DNA from: a virus
Lineage: Duplodnaviria > Caudoviricetes
Virus record (IMG/VR): IMGVR_UViG_3300012582_000006
Coordinates: 1 to 55,329 of that record
Direction: 5' to 3' (one strand)
Length of the DNA: 55,329 nucleotides
The translations under genes were made by a program, and so were the position numbers. Shown in pieces: positions 9,068 to 17,321 of this stretch. Below the pieces are notes generated by a model. The model saw only the letters and a list, made by a program, of their open reading frames with translations. It was not told the DNA's origin and did not search any database. Positions within the stretch are counted from its first letter, which is position 1; every line of letters starts with the position of its first letter.

Positions 9068-9947
9068 GTACGCGGATCTTGATATCTATTTAGGTGCGGA
9101 CCATTCGCAATTGGAAATCCGCGTTCTTGCTCAGATGTCGAAAGATGTATTGCTGACAGAGTTGCTTCAGACGGGTGAGGATATTCATTCTTCTGTTGGT
9201 TACGAGTTGACGGCAATCCCAATCGAGAAGATAAAGAAAGATAGGGATATAAGGACAGCGATCAAAGGGATTCATTTTGGAATTATCTATGGTCTGACGG
9301 AAGAGACTTTGTATCTCAAGTTGAAAGCGGATGCGGCGGAGCGTGGTGAGCAGTTCAACATGACTCGTGAAGAGTTGGGCAAGATCTATAAGGGCTACTT
9401 TAGAAAGTTCAAGGGCGTGGCGGAGTTCATCGAGAAGCAGCATCAATTTGCCCAAGACAACGCTTATGTAATGAGCTTGTTTGGTTTTAGTAGGGAGATT
9501 GCAATAGCAGGAGATGAGACGAGGTCAACGTTTTGGGCGAATCAGGCTGTGAATACACCAATACAAGCTTCGGCACATCAGTTGATGTTGGTGGCGATGG
9601 CAATTTTGGGTTTGAAACAGAAGACGTATAGCTTGTTGCAACGGCCTTCGATGGAAGTACACGATTCGCTTTACGTGTTTGTGAAGCTGATGAAGTTGGC
9701 GGAAGCCTATAAACAATTCATCCAGCTCATGGAAAAAGAGATTTTGGTATATGTGAAGAAGTGGTGGCCGGAAGTGAACTGGGTGATTCCGTTGAAGGCC
9801 GAGGCGAAAGCTGGGTTGAGATTGGGTGTAATGGTTGAGTATAAAGGCGAGTCTCCGGAAGAGTTCATCGAAATGTGGTGTCAGAAGAATAAGAAGTTCG
9901 AGAAGAAACTGCGAGAGGAAATGAAGAAAGGATTGGCCAATGCGTAG
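9051..9947 (+). CDS. polA: family A DNA polymerase, C-terminal catalytic (palm/fingers) part
   Basis: motif A GADHSQLEIR, DIH, motif B RTAIKGIHFGIIYG, NTPIQ, motif C EVHDSL; GAGGT RBS before ATG 9051. Confidence 0.9.
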   Translation: MSLASKYADLDIYLGADHSQLEIRVLAQMSKDVLLTELLQTGEDIHSSVGYELTAIPIEKIKKDRDIRTAIKGIHFGIIYGLTEETLYLKLKADAAERGEQFNMTREELGKIYKGYFRKFKGVAEFIEKQHQFAQDNAYVMSLFGFSREIAIAGDETRSTFWANQAVNTPIQASAHQLMLVAMAILGLKQKTYSLLQRPSMEVHDSLYVFVKLMKLAEAYKQFIQLMEKEILVYVKKWWPEVNWVIPLKAEAKAGLRLGVMVEYKGESPEEFIEMWCQKNKKFEKKLREEMKKGLANA

Positions 9948-10164
9948 TGAGAAGACGGCTCTTGTGTTGGCTGTAGTGATAACGGTTTTGAGGGGGATGG
10001 TTTGGTTTGTTTTTGCTTTGCTGGTTACTTGGCTTTGTCTTCGAGTGGCAAAGCTGTTGGGACATTGGGAGTATGGGGTGTTGTTGTTTATGGTTGTGGG
10101 GTACTTGGCGAACATTTCGATCAGTCTTTCACAAATACTGCAACGTGTTTCCAGGAAGTACTGA
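9940..10164 (+). CDS. small membrane protein
   Basis: two to three hydrophobic segments. Confidence 0.55.
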   Translation: MRSEKTALVLAVVITVLRGMVWFVFALLVTWLCLRVAKLLGHWEYGVLLFMVVGYLANISISLSQILQRVSRKY

Positions 10165-10187
10165 AAGGGCTTGTATAATAATAGGTC

Positions 10188-10685
10188 ATGACGAGAAAAC
10201 CATTGATCGGCGAAGTAGATCCACAGACGCTTGTAGATCGTCTGGCCTTTTCGCAAGAGGAGACACAGGATGCGGCATTGGAACAAGCGAAGTTGTATAT
10301 GGCTGCGGCGACCTATCGTATCAAGAAGATGCGGCTGAGACAGGAAGCGGAAATGTATGCGGATAATCTTCGGGTTGATTATAGCTTGAAGATGCGGTTT
10401 AAGCACAAAGGTCAAAAGGGAATGACCGAACGGGCAATTCAGGAGCTGGTTGATCGGGTACCTGAGATTCGTCAGGCAACGGCTGACTTGGCAAAGGCGA
10501 AGAGGTTGGAGGAGTGGTCGAAGCTTCTGCTTGATGCTTACGAGCACAGAAGAAGCTCTCTTAAGATTTTGACACAGTTTGCTTTCATGCAAGATGCATT
10601 CAGTGGGCAGTACGAAGTAGACAAGATGAAAAGGCAGAGGGAAAGGTTGAAGAAGGATTTGGGGAAAGAGGAAGAGTATGATTGA
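10188..10685 (+). CDS. helical protein, possible UvsY-like recombination mediator
   Basis: all-helical, MTERAIQELV segment; lies upstream of the SSB and RecA genes. Confidence 0.45.
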   Translation: MTRKPLIGEVDPQTLVDRLAFSQEETQDAALEQAKLYMAAATYRIKKMRLRQEAEMYADNLRVDYSLKMRFKHKGQKGMTERAIQELVDRVPEIRQATADLAKAKRLEEWSKLLLDAYEHRRSSLKILTQFAFMQDAFSGQYEVDKMKRQRERLKKDLGKEEEYD

Positions 10686-10869
10686 CGTTCTAAGGATTTT
10701 TGCGGAGGCTTGTGGTCTTGCAATCATTTTGATTTTTTCGATTGTATTCATGGGTAGGAATTTGGTTTGGTCTCTAAAGGAGGTGGTGGATTATTATTTG
10801 TCGAAGAAACGGGAAATGTTGTTAGAGCTGGAAGAAGGGCTTGGGAGTGCCTCAAAGAAGTTGAATTAA
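10678..10869 (+). CDS. small membrane protein
   Basis: N-terminal hydrophobic helix. Confidence 0.5.
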   Translation: MIDVLRIFAEACGLAIILIFSIVFMGRNLVWSLKEVVDYYLSKKREMLLELEEGLGSASKKLN

Positions 10870-10886
10870 AAACGAAAGGATAAAGC

Positions 10887-11939
10887 ATGGATAAGAAAGA
10901 ACTTGCTGCACAGAAGTTCAAGGAACGGACCGCTTCGAAACGTTTCAAGTTACCGGAAGGGAATACAACGTTTCGTGTGCTTCCGAACGCGAGGGGCCTT
11001 GACAAAGCGGAGTACATTGAGTACAGGATGCACTCCGGTGTAGGAGCTAGAAAATCCTATCTTCGGTGTGGAAAGAATATCCGCGGTGAGGGCGACTGTT
11101 GGTTGTGCGATACGTTGATTCCAAAGTTGGAGAAGTCGGGGAAGTCTTCACACAAGAGAGCGGCTGAGGAACTGAAAGCGAAAGAGAATTTCGCTGTTCA
11201 GATCATCTACAAGTCGGAAGGGAAGTGGATGGGTCCAACGCTGTGGGAAATGTCACCATCGGTTGCTAACAAGCTTTTGAATGTGATGAGCAGAAGGGAT
11301 GTCAGTCATCCGGAAAAGGGATACAATCTGACGATCTCTCGTCAGGGTACGACGATGACCTCGACGAAGTACGGGGACATTGATCGGGATGACGAAAAAT
11401 CTGAAGTGCCGGAGAAGCTTCTTTCGAAGTTGAAGCCCTTTGGTGAGATCCTTCGGAAGTATGACGAGAAGGTCATGAAGGCTGAGTACTACGGGCACGA
11501 GCAGGACGATGACGAACCGGAGGAGGAAGAAGAGGAGAAGAAGAAACCAAAAGACGAGGAAGAAGAAGAGAAGCCGAAACCAAAGAAACTAAAAAAGCCG
11601 GCTGAAGAAGAGGAGGAGGAAGAAAAAGAAGCCGAAGAGGAGGAGGAAGAAAAGCCAAAGCCGAAGAAGCCGAAGAAGGCGGATGCGGAAGAGGAGGAAG
11701 AGGAGTCTGAGTCTGAAGAGGATATTCCAGATCTGGAAGAAGAGGAAGAAGAGAAACCAAAGAAACCGAAAAAACCAAAGGAAGAAGAGGAGGAAGAAAG
11801 TGAGTCCGAAGAAGAGGAAGAAGAAAAACCCAAAAAACCAAAAAAGCCAGCTGCAGACGAAGAAGAAGAATCTGAAGAGGAAGAAGAGCCCAAGCCCAAA
11901 AAACCAAAGAAACCAAGACACGACGAAGACGACGAATGA
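10887..11939 (+). CDS. single-stranded DNA-binding protein (gp32-like) with long acidic/Lys-Pro tail
   Basis: FKLPEGNTTFRVLP, H...C...CWLC metal motif, HPEKGYNLTISRQG..TKY; adjacent to RecA. Confidence 0.75.
   Translation: MDKKELAAQKFKERTASKRFKLPEGNTTFRVLPNARGLDKAEYIEYRMHSGVGARKSYLRCGKNIRGEGDCWLCDTLIPKLEKSGKSSHKRAAEELKAKENFAVQIIYKSEGKWMGPTLWEMSPSVANKLLNVMSRRDVSHPEKGYNLTISRQGTTMTSTKYGDIDRDDEKSEVPEKLLSKLKPFGEILRKYDEKVMKAEYYGHEQDDDEPEEEEEEKKKPKDEEEEEKPKPKKLKKPAEEEEEEEKEAEEEEEEKPKPKKPKKADAEEEEEESESEEDIPDLEEEEEEKPKKPKKPKEEEEEESESEEEEEEKPKKPKKPAADEEEESEEEEEPKPKKPKKPRHDEDDE
11500..11936 (+). repeat. coding low-complexity repeats (poly-Glu blocks alternating with KPKKPK blocks)
   Basis: GAR runs alternating with AARCCR runs, about 6 cycles. 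Confidence 0.9.
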
Positions 11940-12015
11940 TTTAGAAGGTGATAAGGTGATTGTGAACGAGTCTGATTCGGATGACTTGGACGTGGGTCAA
12001 GTTGAAGAGTAAGAG

Positions 12016-12939
12016 ATGAAAACACAGACGACAAAGGTTCGGCCTCTTTCACCGGAGGCCGAACTGACTCTTATCAAAAAGAAATTGAAACATTTTACGA
12101 CGGAGAAGACGGTCAAGTACTGGCTGGATACTGGTAGTCCATTGTTAAATTCCATGTTCGGTTCTGAAGACAAAGGGATTCCGTATGGGAAGATGTTTGA
12201 ACTTTCTGGTTTCGAGTCTCAGGGAAAAACAGCGCTGATGATGAAGTTAGCTGGCATGGCTCAACGCGATGGGGCAAAAATTGGTTGGGTGGATTTGGAA
12301 ATGAGTTGGGATCCTGAATGGGCGAGAGCACTCGGTTTGATTCCAGAAGAGGTTTACCTATTCAAGCCGGAAATAGGAACGTTCGGAAAGGAAACGGAAG
12401 AGCGCCAGCATACAGCGGAGGAGTTGTTGGAAGAAGTTGAGATGTGGATAAAAAGACGTGGTCATGAAAATCCTGATGGTAGGATTTTTTGTTGTATGGA
12501 TTCTATTGCGGCGATGTTGACGGAGGAAGAGGCGGCCGGAGGGATTCAGAATCAAAATATGAGAACGAAAGTATCAACAGCAACATTTCTTTCCCAGCTG
12601 CTGAGGCGTTGGGTGGCAATGGTTGCAAACTACAATGTGATGATGAATTTCATCAATCAGCTTAGGATTGCACCTGGTGCTTGGGGTAATCCTGAATACA
12701 CGCCGGGTGGAAATGCTGTGAGGCTTTATGCATCGGTTCGCGTGCGGATGCGGAGGAAGTCTAAGAAGCTTTTGAAGGGTGGCAAGCCTATCGGTATGAA
12801 GGGTGTGATGTCGAATTGGAAGAACAAGGCGGGAGCTGGTTCTCGTGAAGGGTTGAGTATCGGTTATAAGATTTATTATTCCGGGAAGATAAAGTACGTT
12901 GATGCTGAGGAGGTAAAGCTAGAAGGGACAGAAACATGA
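12016..12939 (+). CDS. recA: RecA/UvsX-like recombinase
   Basis: GIPYGKMFELSGFESQGKT (Walker A), VDLE, MDSIAA, FINQLR, TPGGNAVRLYASVR. Confidence 0.92.
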   Translation: MKTQTTKVRPLSPEAELTLIKKKLKHFTTEKTVKYWLDTGSPLLNSMFGSEDKGIPYGKMFELSGFESQGKTALMMKLAGMAQRDGAKIGWVDLEMSWDPEWARALGLIPEEVYLFKPEIGTFGKETEERQHTAEELLEEVEMWIKRRGHENPDGRIFCCMDSIAAMLTEEEAAGGIQNQNMRTKVSTATFLSQLLRRWVAMVANYNVMMNFINQLRIAPGAWGNPEYTPGGNAVRLYASVRVRMRRKSKKLLKGGKPIGMKGVMSNWKNKAGAGSREGLSIGYKIYYSGKIKYVDAEEVKLEGTET

Positions 12940-13220
12940 GTACTATATACGGCTCGAAGTCTTTGACAGAAGTTTCTCTCAGAAGAAAATTGGATGTGGC
13001 ATTGTCGGATGCACTTTTTGGTTATAACAGTTCAAAGCCGTTTGTTCCTAGAAATGTAATTCGAGGTGTCGCTGGTTGGATTTTTTCACTTCATTTGACG
13101 GCTGCGGAAAAAGAGGTGGCTTCACAAATGACGAAGGGCATTTTGTCGGATTACGAGAGAAGGTTGCGGTTGGTTGGACAAGAGCTTGAACAAGAAGTAT
13201 ACAGAAGGAACGGAGGATAA
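12936..13220 (+). CDS. hypothetical protein
   Basis: coupled ORF. Confidence 0.55.
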   Translation: MSTIYGSKSLTEVSLRRKLDVALSDALFGYNSSKPFVPRNVIRGVAGWIFSLHLTAAEKEVASQMTKGILSDYERRLRLVGQELEQEVYRRNGG

Positions 13221-13222
13221 AA

Positions 13223-13483
13223 ATGGCAAAGGAACAGAAAGATAAGATACCGGTAGTGGCAGTGACCTCGACAGAGGAGGTAATGCTCGGTCTTTGGCTT
13301 TCGGTTGCGAAGAGAGAGATAGGAATGTCGGAGGCTGCTTTAAAACTTAGGCTTCATGTTGACTCTTTGTCTGAAGAGAAGCAAGACGAGTTTAGGCTCA
13401 AGGCGAGGCCGTGGGGAATGTGGTTGATGTCAATTTCGGAAGCGTTCTTGCAGGAGCTGACTGTAATAGGAGCTAGCAAATGA
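13223..13483 (+). CDS. hypothetical protein
   Basis: GGAGG RBS, coupled ORF. Confidence 0.6.
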   Translation: MAKEQKDKIPVVAVTSTEEVMLGLWLSVAKREIGMSEAALKLRLHVDSLSEEKQDEFRLKARPWGMWLMSISEAFLQELTVIGASK

Positions 13484-13740
13484 CATGGAAAGCGTGGTTG
13501 AAAGCTTTTGGGCTTTTTCTTTTCGTAATTGTGCTGGTATGGGGAGTAGATTTTGCGTTAAGCTTGATGAACAAATCTACCGGTTTGTTGTTGGTAGGTT
13601 TGTTCATTCTGTTTGTTTTGATGTCGTCATGTTTGTTGGTAGGTCAGTTTCTTTATAAGGAATGGCAATCGTTCGACCAGACGGTAAAAGAATTTCTTTG
13701 GCCAGAGCGGTTTAAGAAAGAAAAGAAAAAGGAGGAATGA
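13480..13740 (+). CDS. two-TM membrane protein
   Basis: two hydrophobic helices; upstream of SPFH gene. Confidence 0.6.
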   Translation: MTWKAWLKAFGLFLFVIVLVWGVDFALSLMNKSTGLLLVGLFILFVLMSSCLLVGQFLYKEWQSFDQTVKEFLWPERFKKEKKKEE

Positions 13741-13744
13741 GACG

Positions 13745-14647
13745 ATGTCGATAGAAGCAAGAGTGACGATGTTGATTGCGTTTGTGGTGTTGTTGCTTGT
13801 GGTGGTATTTGGTGTATTTGGTTGTACAAGAATTGGGGCTGGGCATGTTGGTATAGAGGTGAACCAGGCCGGTTCGCAGCGTGGTGTGCAGGACTTTACG
13901 ATAAGGACCGGATATGTCTTCTACAATCCATTGGCAACGACGATCGTAGAATATCCCACATTTGTACAGACGGCAATCTGGACGGCGAATCCACATGAAG
14001 GACATCCACAGAATGAAGAGATCACGTTTACGACAAAAGATTCAATGGTCGTGTCTGTAGACGTGAATCTCAGCTATTCGTTATTGGCGGAAAAAGTACC
14101 AGCATTCTATGTGAAGTTCAGGTCGGATGATCTGGATATGTTTACGCACGGGTTTTTGAGGAACGTGGCGAGGGATTGTTTCAACGAGGTTGCTGGTAAG
14201 TATGCAGTGGAACAGATTATGGGTGACAACGCTCCGTTTTTGCGTGATGCCAGAAGTTGCTTGCAGAATCAAGTAGCAGACATCGGTGTGCATATAGAAC
14301 AGTTTGGGATCATCGGTGCGCCGAGACCGCCGCAAGGAGTGATTGATTCGATTAACGCGAAAGTACAGGCTGGTCAGATTGCTTTGCAGAAGAGGAACGA
14401 AGTGTTGCAGGCTGAGGCCGAAGCTGCGAAGACCGTTGCTTATGCCGAGGGTGAAGCAAAAGCTATGGTAACGAGGGCAGAAGGTCAGGCGAAATCAAAC
14501 AGACTTATTAGCGAAAGTTTGACGGATAAGGTTCTAGAGAGAACCAGATTGGATTTGCAATGGCATTGGATCGATAAGTGGAACGGACAGAGGCCGAGTG
14601 TTGAGTCAACCGCGGGTGGAGGGATGTTGATTCAGGTTCCAAAGTAA
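13745..14647 (+). CDS. SPFH/band 7 (prohibitin-like) membrane protein
   Basis: N-terminal TM, IGAGHVGI, YPTFVQT, AEAEA coiled coil, WIDKWNG. Confidence 0.9.
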   Translation: MSIEARVTMLIAFVVLLLVVVFGVFGCTRIGAGHVGIEVNQAGSQRGVQDFTIRTGYVFYNPLATTIVEYPTFVQTAIWTANPHEGHPQNEEITFTTKDSMVVSVDVNLSYSLLAEKVPAFYVKFRSDDLDMFTHGFLRNVARDCFNEVAGKYAVEQIMGDNAPFLRDARSCLQNQVADIGVHIEQFGIIGAPRPPQGVIDSINAKVQAGQIALQKRNEVLQAEAEAAKTVAYAEGEAKAMVTRAEGQAKSNRLISESLTDKVLERTRLDLQWHWIDKWNGQRPSVESTAGGGMLIQVPK

Positions 14648-14650
14648 AGT

Positions 14651-14775
14651 TAAGGTGTGGTTAGGTCGGGTGCGGTTAGGTCCGGTACGGCGAGGTGCGG
14701 TACGGTTTGGTGTGGTACGGTCAGGTCCGGTCAGCTCGGGAGAGGCCAGGTATGGTGAGGTAAGGTTTGGTGTGG
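14651..14775 (+). repeat. GGY-NN pentamer array 2A (25 units)
   Basis: taagg tgtgg ttagg tcggg ... tttgg tgtgg; 24/25 units end in GG. Confidence 0.95.
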
Positions 14776-14822
14776 TGTGAGGGAAAAATGAAGTGAAGAG
14801 CTTAGCTGAGGAGATGGCATTG

Positions 14823-14952
14823 TGAGGTTTGGTCCGGTGTGGTAATGTTCGGTCAGGTGTTGTAAGGTGCGGCTTGGTAAGGTTTGGTGTGGCGAGGTCG
14901 AGTGTGGTACGGTCAGGTGTTGTCGGGTGTGGTGAGGTTTGGTAGGGTGAGG
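14823..14952 (+). repeat. GGY-NN pentamer array 2B (26 units)
   Basis: tgagg tttgg tccgg tgtgg ... taggg tgagg; 22/26 units end in GG. Confidence 0.95.
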
Positions 14953-14957
14953 ATTAA

Positions 14958-15617
14958 ATGAACGAACGGGAACTGATTGATTCGTTCCATCGCTTGTGGT
15001 ATTCAAAGGGACAATTTCAGATGAAAATAGGCGGTGACGATGATTCAGTTCTAGTTCAGTTGGATGCACGCTACTGCGGATTTCTGGTGCAGAAGAATCC
15101 TTTGGACTTGTGGGTCTATCAAGAAATTTTGTGGGATACAAAGCCGGATTTGATAATCGAGATGGGAACGGCTTCAGGTGGTACGACTCTTTTCTTGGCG
15201 AACCAGTTGGATCTGATCGGTAGTGGTGAGATAATCTCGGTCGATATAGACAATCGGTTGGGAATAGTTCCGAGGCATCCGAGAATAACGTATATCGTTG
15301 GCGATACGGAAAATGCCTATTTGCACAACGAGATTTTCAAAGAGTGTCAGAAGCACAGCAGTGGCATGGTGATTCTTGACGACGACCATTCTACCGAGCA
15401 CGTTTTGCTTGAGTTAAAAATGTATAATGAGTTTGTAACACCGGGTCAGTATCTGATCGTGGAAGATACGAATGTGGATTGGCCGCTAGGATATGGCGAT
15501 GGTCCTGGGAAAGCCGTTCACGAGTTTTTGAAAACGCATTCGGAATTCGAAGTTGATAGGAAACGGGAAAAGTTCTTGATGACGTGGAATCCGGGCGGTT
15601 ACTTGAAAAGGAAGTAG
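14958..15617 (+). CDS. CmcI / rhamnosyl O-methyltransferase family protein
   Basis: KNPLDLWVYQEILWDTKPDLIIEMGTASGG, ILDDDH, YLIVEDT, NPGGYLKR. Confidence 0.85.
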   Translation: MNERELIDSFHRLWYSKGQFQMKIGGDDDSVLVQLDARYCGFLVQKNPLDLWVYQEILWDTKPDLIIEMGTASGGTTLFLANQLDLIGSGEIISVDIDNRLGIVPRHPRITYIVGDTENAYLHNEIFKECQKHSSGMVILDDDHSTEHVLLELKMYNEFVTPGQYLIVEDTNVDWPLGYGDGPGKAVHEFLKTHSEFEVDRKREKFLMTWNPGGYLKRK

Positions 15618-15619
15618 GT

Positions 15620-15862
15620 ATGAGCTACTTGATTCCACTTTTGCTGATTGTTGTTGTTGCTAGACTTGGAAGATTTTTTGCTGCGAGGGGTAACGATCAT
15701 TTTTGGAAGTGCTATAACATTGGTTGGATTAGTAGTAGCTGTGGAGTTTTATGTAGTCGGTTGAAGGGACATTGGGGTCCTCATAAAACTTCACCGATGG
15801 GTGCTTTGCAGTGGTATCACGAATGGAAAGGAGATGGGAAGACGGAAGTTCGTTGGGAATAG
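15620..15862 (+). CDS. hypothetical membrane-anchored protein
   Basis: N-terminal hydrophobic stretch; CGVLCSRLKGHWGPH motif. Confidence 0.45.
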   Translation: MSYLIPLLLIVVVARLGRFFAARGNDHFWKCYNIGWISSSCGVLCSRLKGHWGPHKTSPMGALQWYHEWKGDGKTEVRWE

Positions 15863-15880
15863 TATGAAAGGGATAGCGCG

Positions 15881-16906
15881 ATGCAACGAACGTTGGCTGT
15901 TTCGTTAAGACCTTATCTGCTTAGCCAGCTCATCGGACAGGATCAGCTGGTAGAGACAATTAAGACTCAGTACAAGAACAAACGAGAACCAGCTGCTTGG
16001 TTGTTTGTCGGTTCGACCGGAACTGGTAAGACGACCGTGGCGAGGATAGTGGCACTGAGTTTGCAGTGTAAGCATGGTGAGTTTGGAGAGCCGTGTGATG
16101 CTTGTCGGGTAAAGAGAGACGATTTCGCAATCCACGAAATAAATGCCTCAGAAGTTTCAGGTGTTGCGGACATTCAAAAGATTGCTGCTGGTTCTGTATA
16201 CTTACCAATGCCTCCGTCTCGTAGAAACGTACTTGTGTTGGACGAGGCACAACGACTTTCCAAAGATGCACAGAATCTGTTGCTGAAATATTTGGAAGAT
16301 GCTCCTAAATCAACGGTGTGGATTATTTGTACGACGGAAGAGAACAAGTTGTTGACGACGATCATAAGACGATGCGAACGAGTGTCGTTGAAATTGCTGC
16401 AAGCGGAGGATATAGGACGATTGGTAAAGCGCGCTTTGAAGTTCGTTAGAGAAACAAAGAAAAATGCGGAACCATTGGTGGAGCAGTTGTGGGAAGCTAG
16501 GATTCAATCGTCCGGTATGATTTTGAATGCGGTTGAGAAGTATCTGGCTGGTGAGTCTGCTAAGGAAGCTGTATCGTCAATCGGATTTGGTGCCGACGCA
16601 CTTGCGATCTGTCGTTCGTTGGAGAAGGGGGACTGGGATGTCATACGAGAAGAGACAAAAAAAGCTACAGCTGATGACCTTCGAGGAATTCGTGCTCAGG
16701 TGGCTGGATACTTGCGACGATGTTTGGAACGAGCGATTCCAGGACCCAGGGCGGGAGAGTTCGCGAAAGCGATTGGAAGAATGGCGCAAGTTGATAGCTT
16801 CACGGATGCAACACAAGGACCGGCAACAATTGCCGCTCTCTATGAACTCTGTCAGATTTTTGCAGGGCCGGTAGACGATCTTGACGAGGTTAGACGAGAT
16901 GATTAG
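15881..16906 (+). CDS. dnaX: clamp loader, DNA polymerase III gamma/tau-like AAA+ ATPase
   Basis: LRP..LIGQ, GSTGTGKTTVARI, C...PCDAC, EINAS, LDEAQRLS..AQNLLLKYLE, TIIRRC. Confidence 0.85.
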   Translation: MQRTLAVSLRPYLLSQLIGQDQLVETIKTQYKNKREPAAWLFVGSTGTGKTTVARIVALSLQCKHGEFGEPCDACRVKRDDFAIHEINASEVSGVADIQKIAAGSVYLPMPPSRRNVLVLDEAQRLSKDAQNLLLKYLEDAPKSTVWIICTTEENKLLTTIIRRCERVSLKLLQAEDIGRLVKRALKFVRETKKNAEPLVEQLWEARIQSSGMILNAVEKYLAGESAKEAVSSIGFGADALAICRSLEKGDWDVIREETKKATADDLRGIRAQVAGYLRRCLERAIPGPRAGEFAKAIGRMAQVDSFTDATQGPATIAALYELCQIFAGPVDDLDEVRRDD

Positions 16907-17321
16907 GATTAGAATGACGGATGCGGAAGGGCACGGTTACTGGTTGTACGATGATGGGCAATTCGTTTTGGCACTGAAAGAAAAGCCGTCGGTAGGTATT
17001 CAGTTCAGAACGATAGCGTGGTTGAAGAAAGGGGTCTTTTCGTTTAGACATTTGTACTGGCACAAAGAACATAAGTGTTGGTATCCGTCCAGGTTTCCGA
17101 TGATGAAGACAAAGTCGTTTGGGATCAAGATCGGCTATGTGCAAGAGATGGTGGATGGAGAAGAGTTCAAAGGTTTTGTGCATCCGAGGGTCTTGACGAA
17201 GCGGAATGTAATTAGACACTCGACGGGATATGAAGTCCAGTTGAAGTTGATGCCGAAGGATTTGAAGAAAACAGAAGAGGCGGCAATTGAGTATTGGCAA
17301 GAGTTTGGTACGGCGAGGTGA
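16899..17321 (+). CDS. hypothetical basic protein; last codons run into array 3
   Basis: ORF coupled to dnaX; no recognisable motif. Confidence 0.6.
   Translation: MIRIRMTDAEGHGYWLYDDGQFVLALKEKPSVGIQFRTIAWLKKGVFSFRHLYWHKEHKCWYPSRFPMMKTKSFGIKIGYVQEMVDGEEFKGFVHPRVLTKRNVIRHSTGYEVQLKLMPKDLKKTEEAAIEYWQEFGTAR

Noticed and set aside
7750-9100. Split intein or group I intron joining the polymerase halves
   Set aside because: CLLVSD superficially resembles an intein start, but there is no C-intein ending HN-C/S/T before motif A, and the gap is fully occupied by coupled ORFs, leaving no room for a ribozyme core
10149-10179. Promoter at TATAAT 10174
   Set aside because: -10 is perfect but there is no convincing -35 or correctly spaced TG; too weak to call
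9525-10751. 408 aa minus-strand ORF
   Set aside because: Antisense shadow of polymerase and downstream genes with no motifs
11473-12052. Ser/Phe/Leu-rich minus-strand ORFs and Lys/Arg-rich alternative frame
   Set aside because: Artefacts of the low-complexity SSB tail
14731-15141. Minus-strand Pro/His/Thr-rich ORFs over the arrays (also 5286-5486)
   Set aside because: The C-rich complement of GGY-NN seldom contains stops; no RBS, opposite to all real genes and overlapping + strand genes
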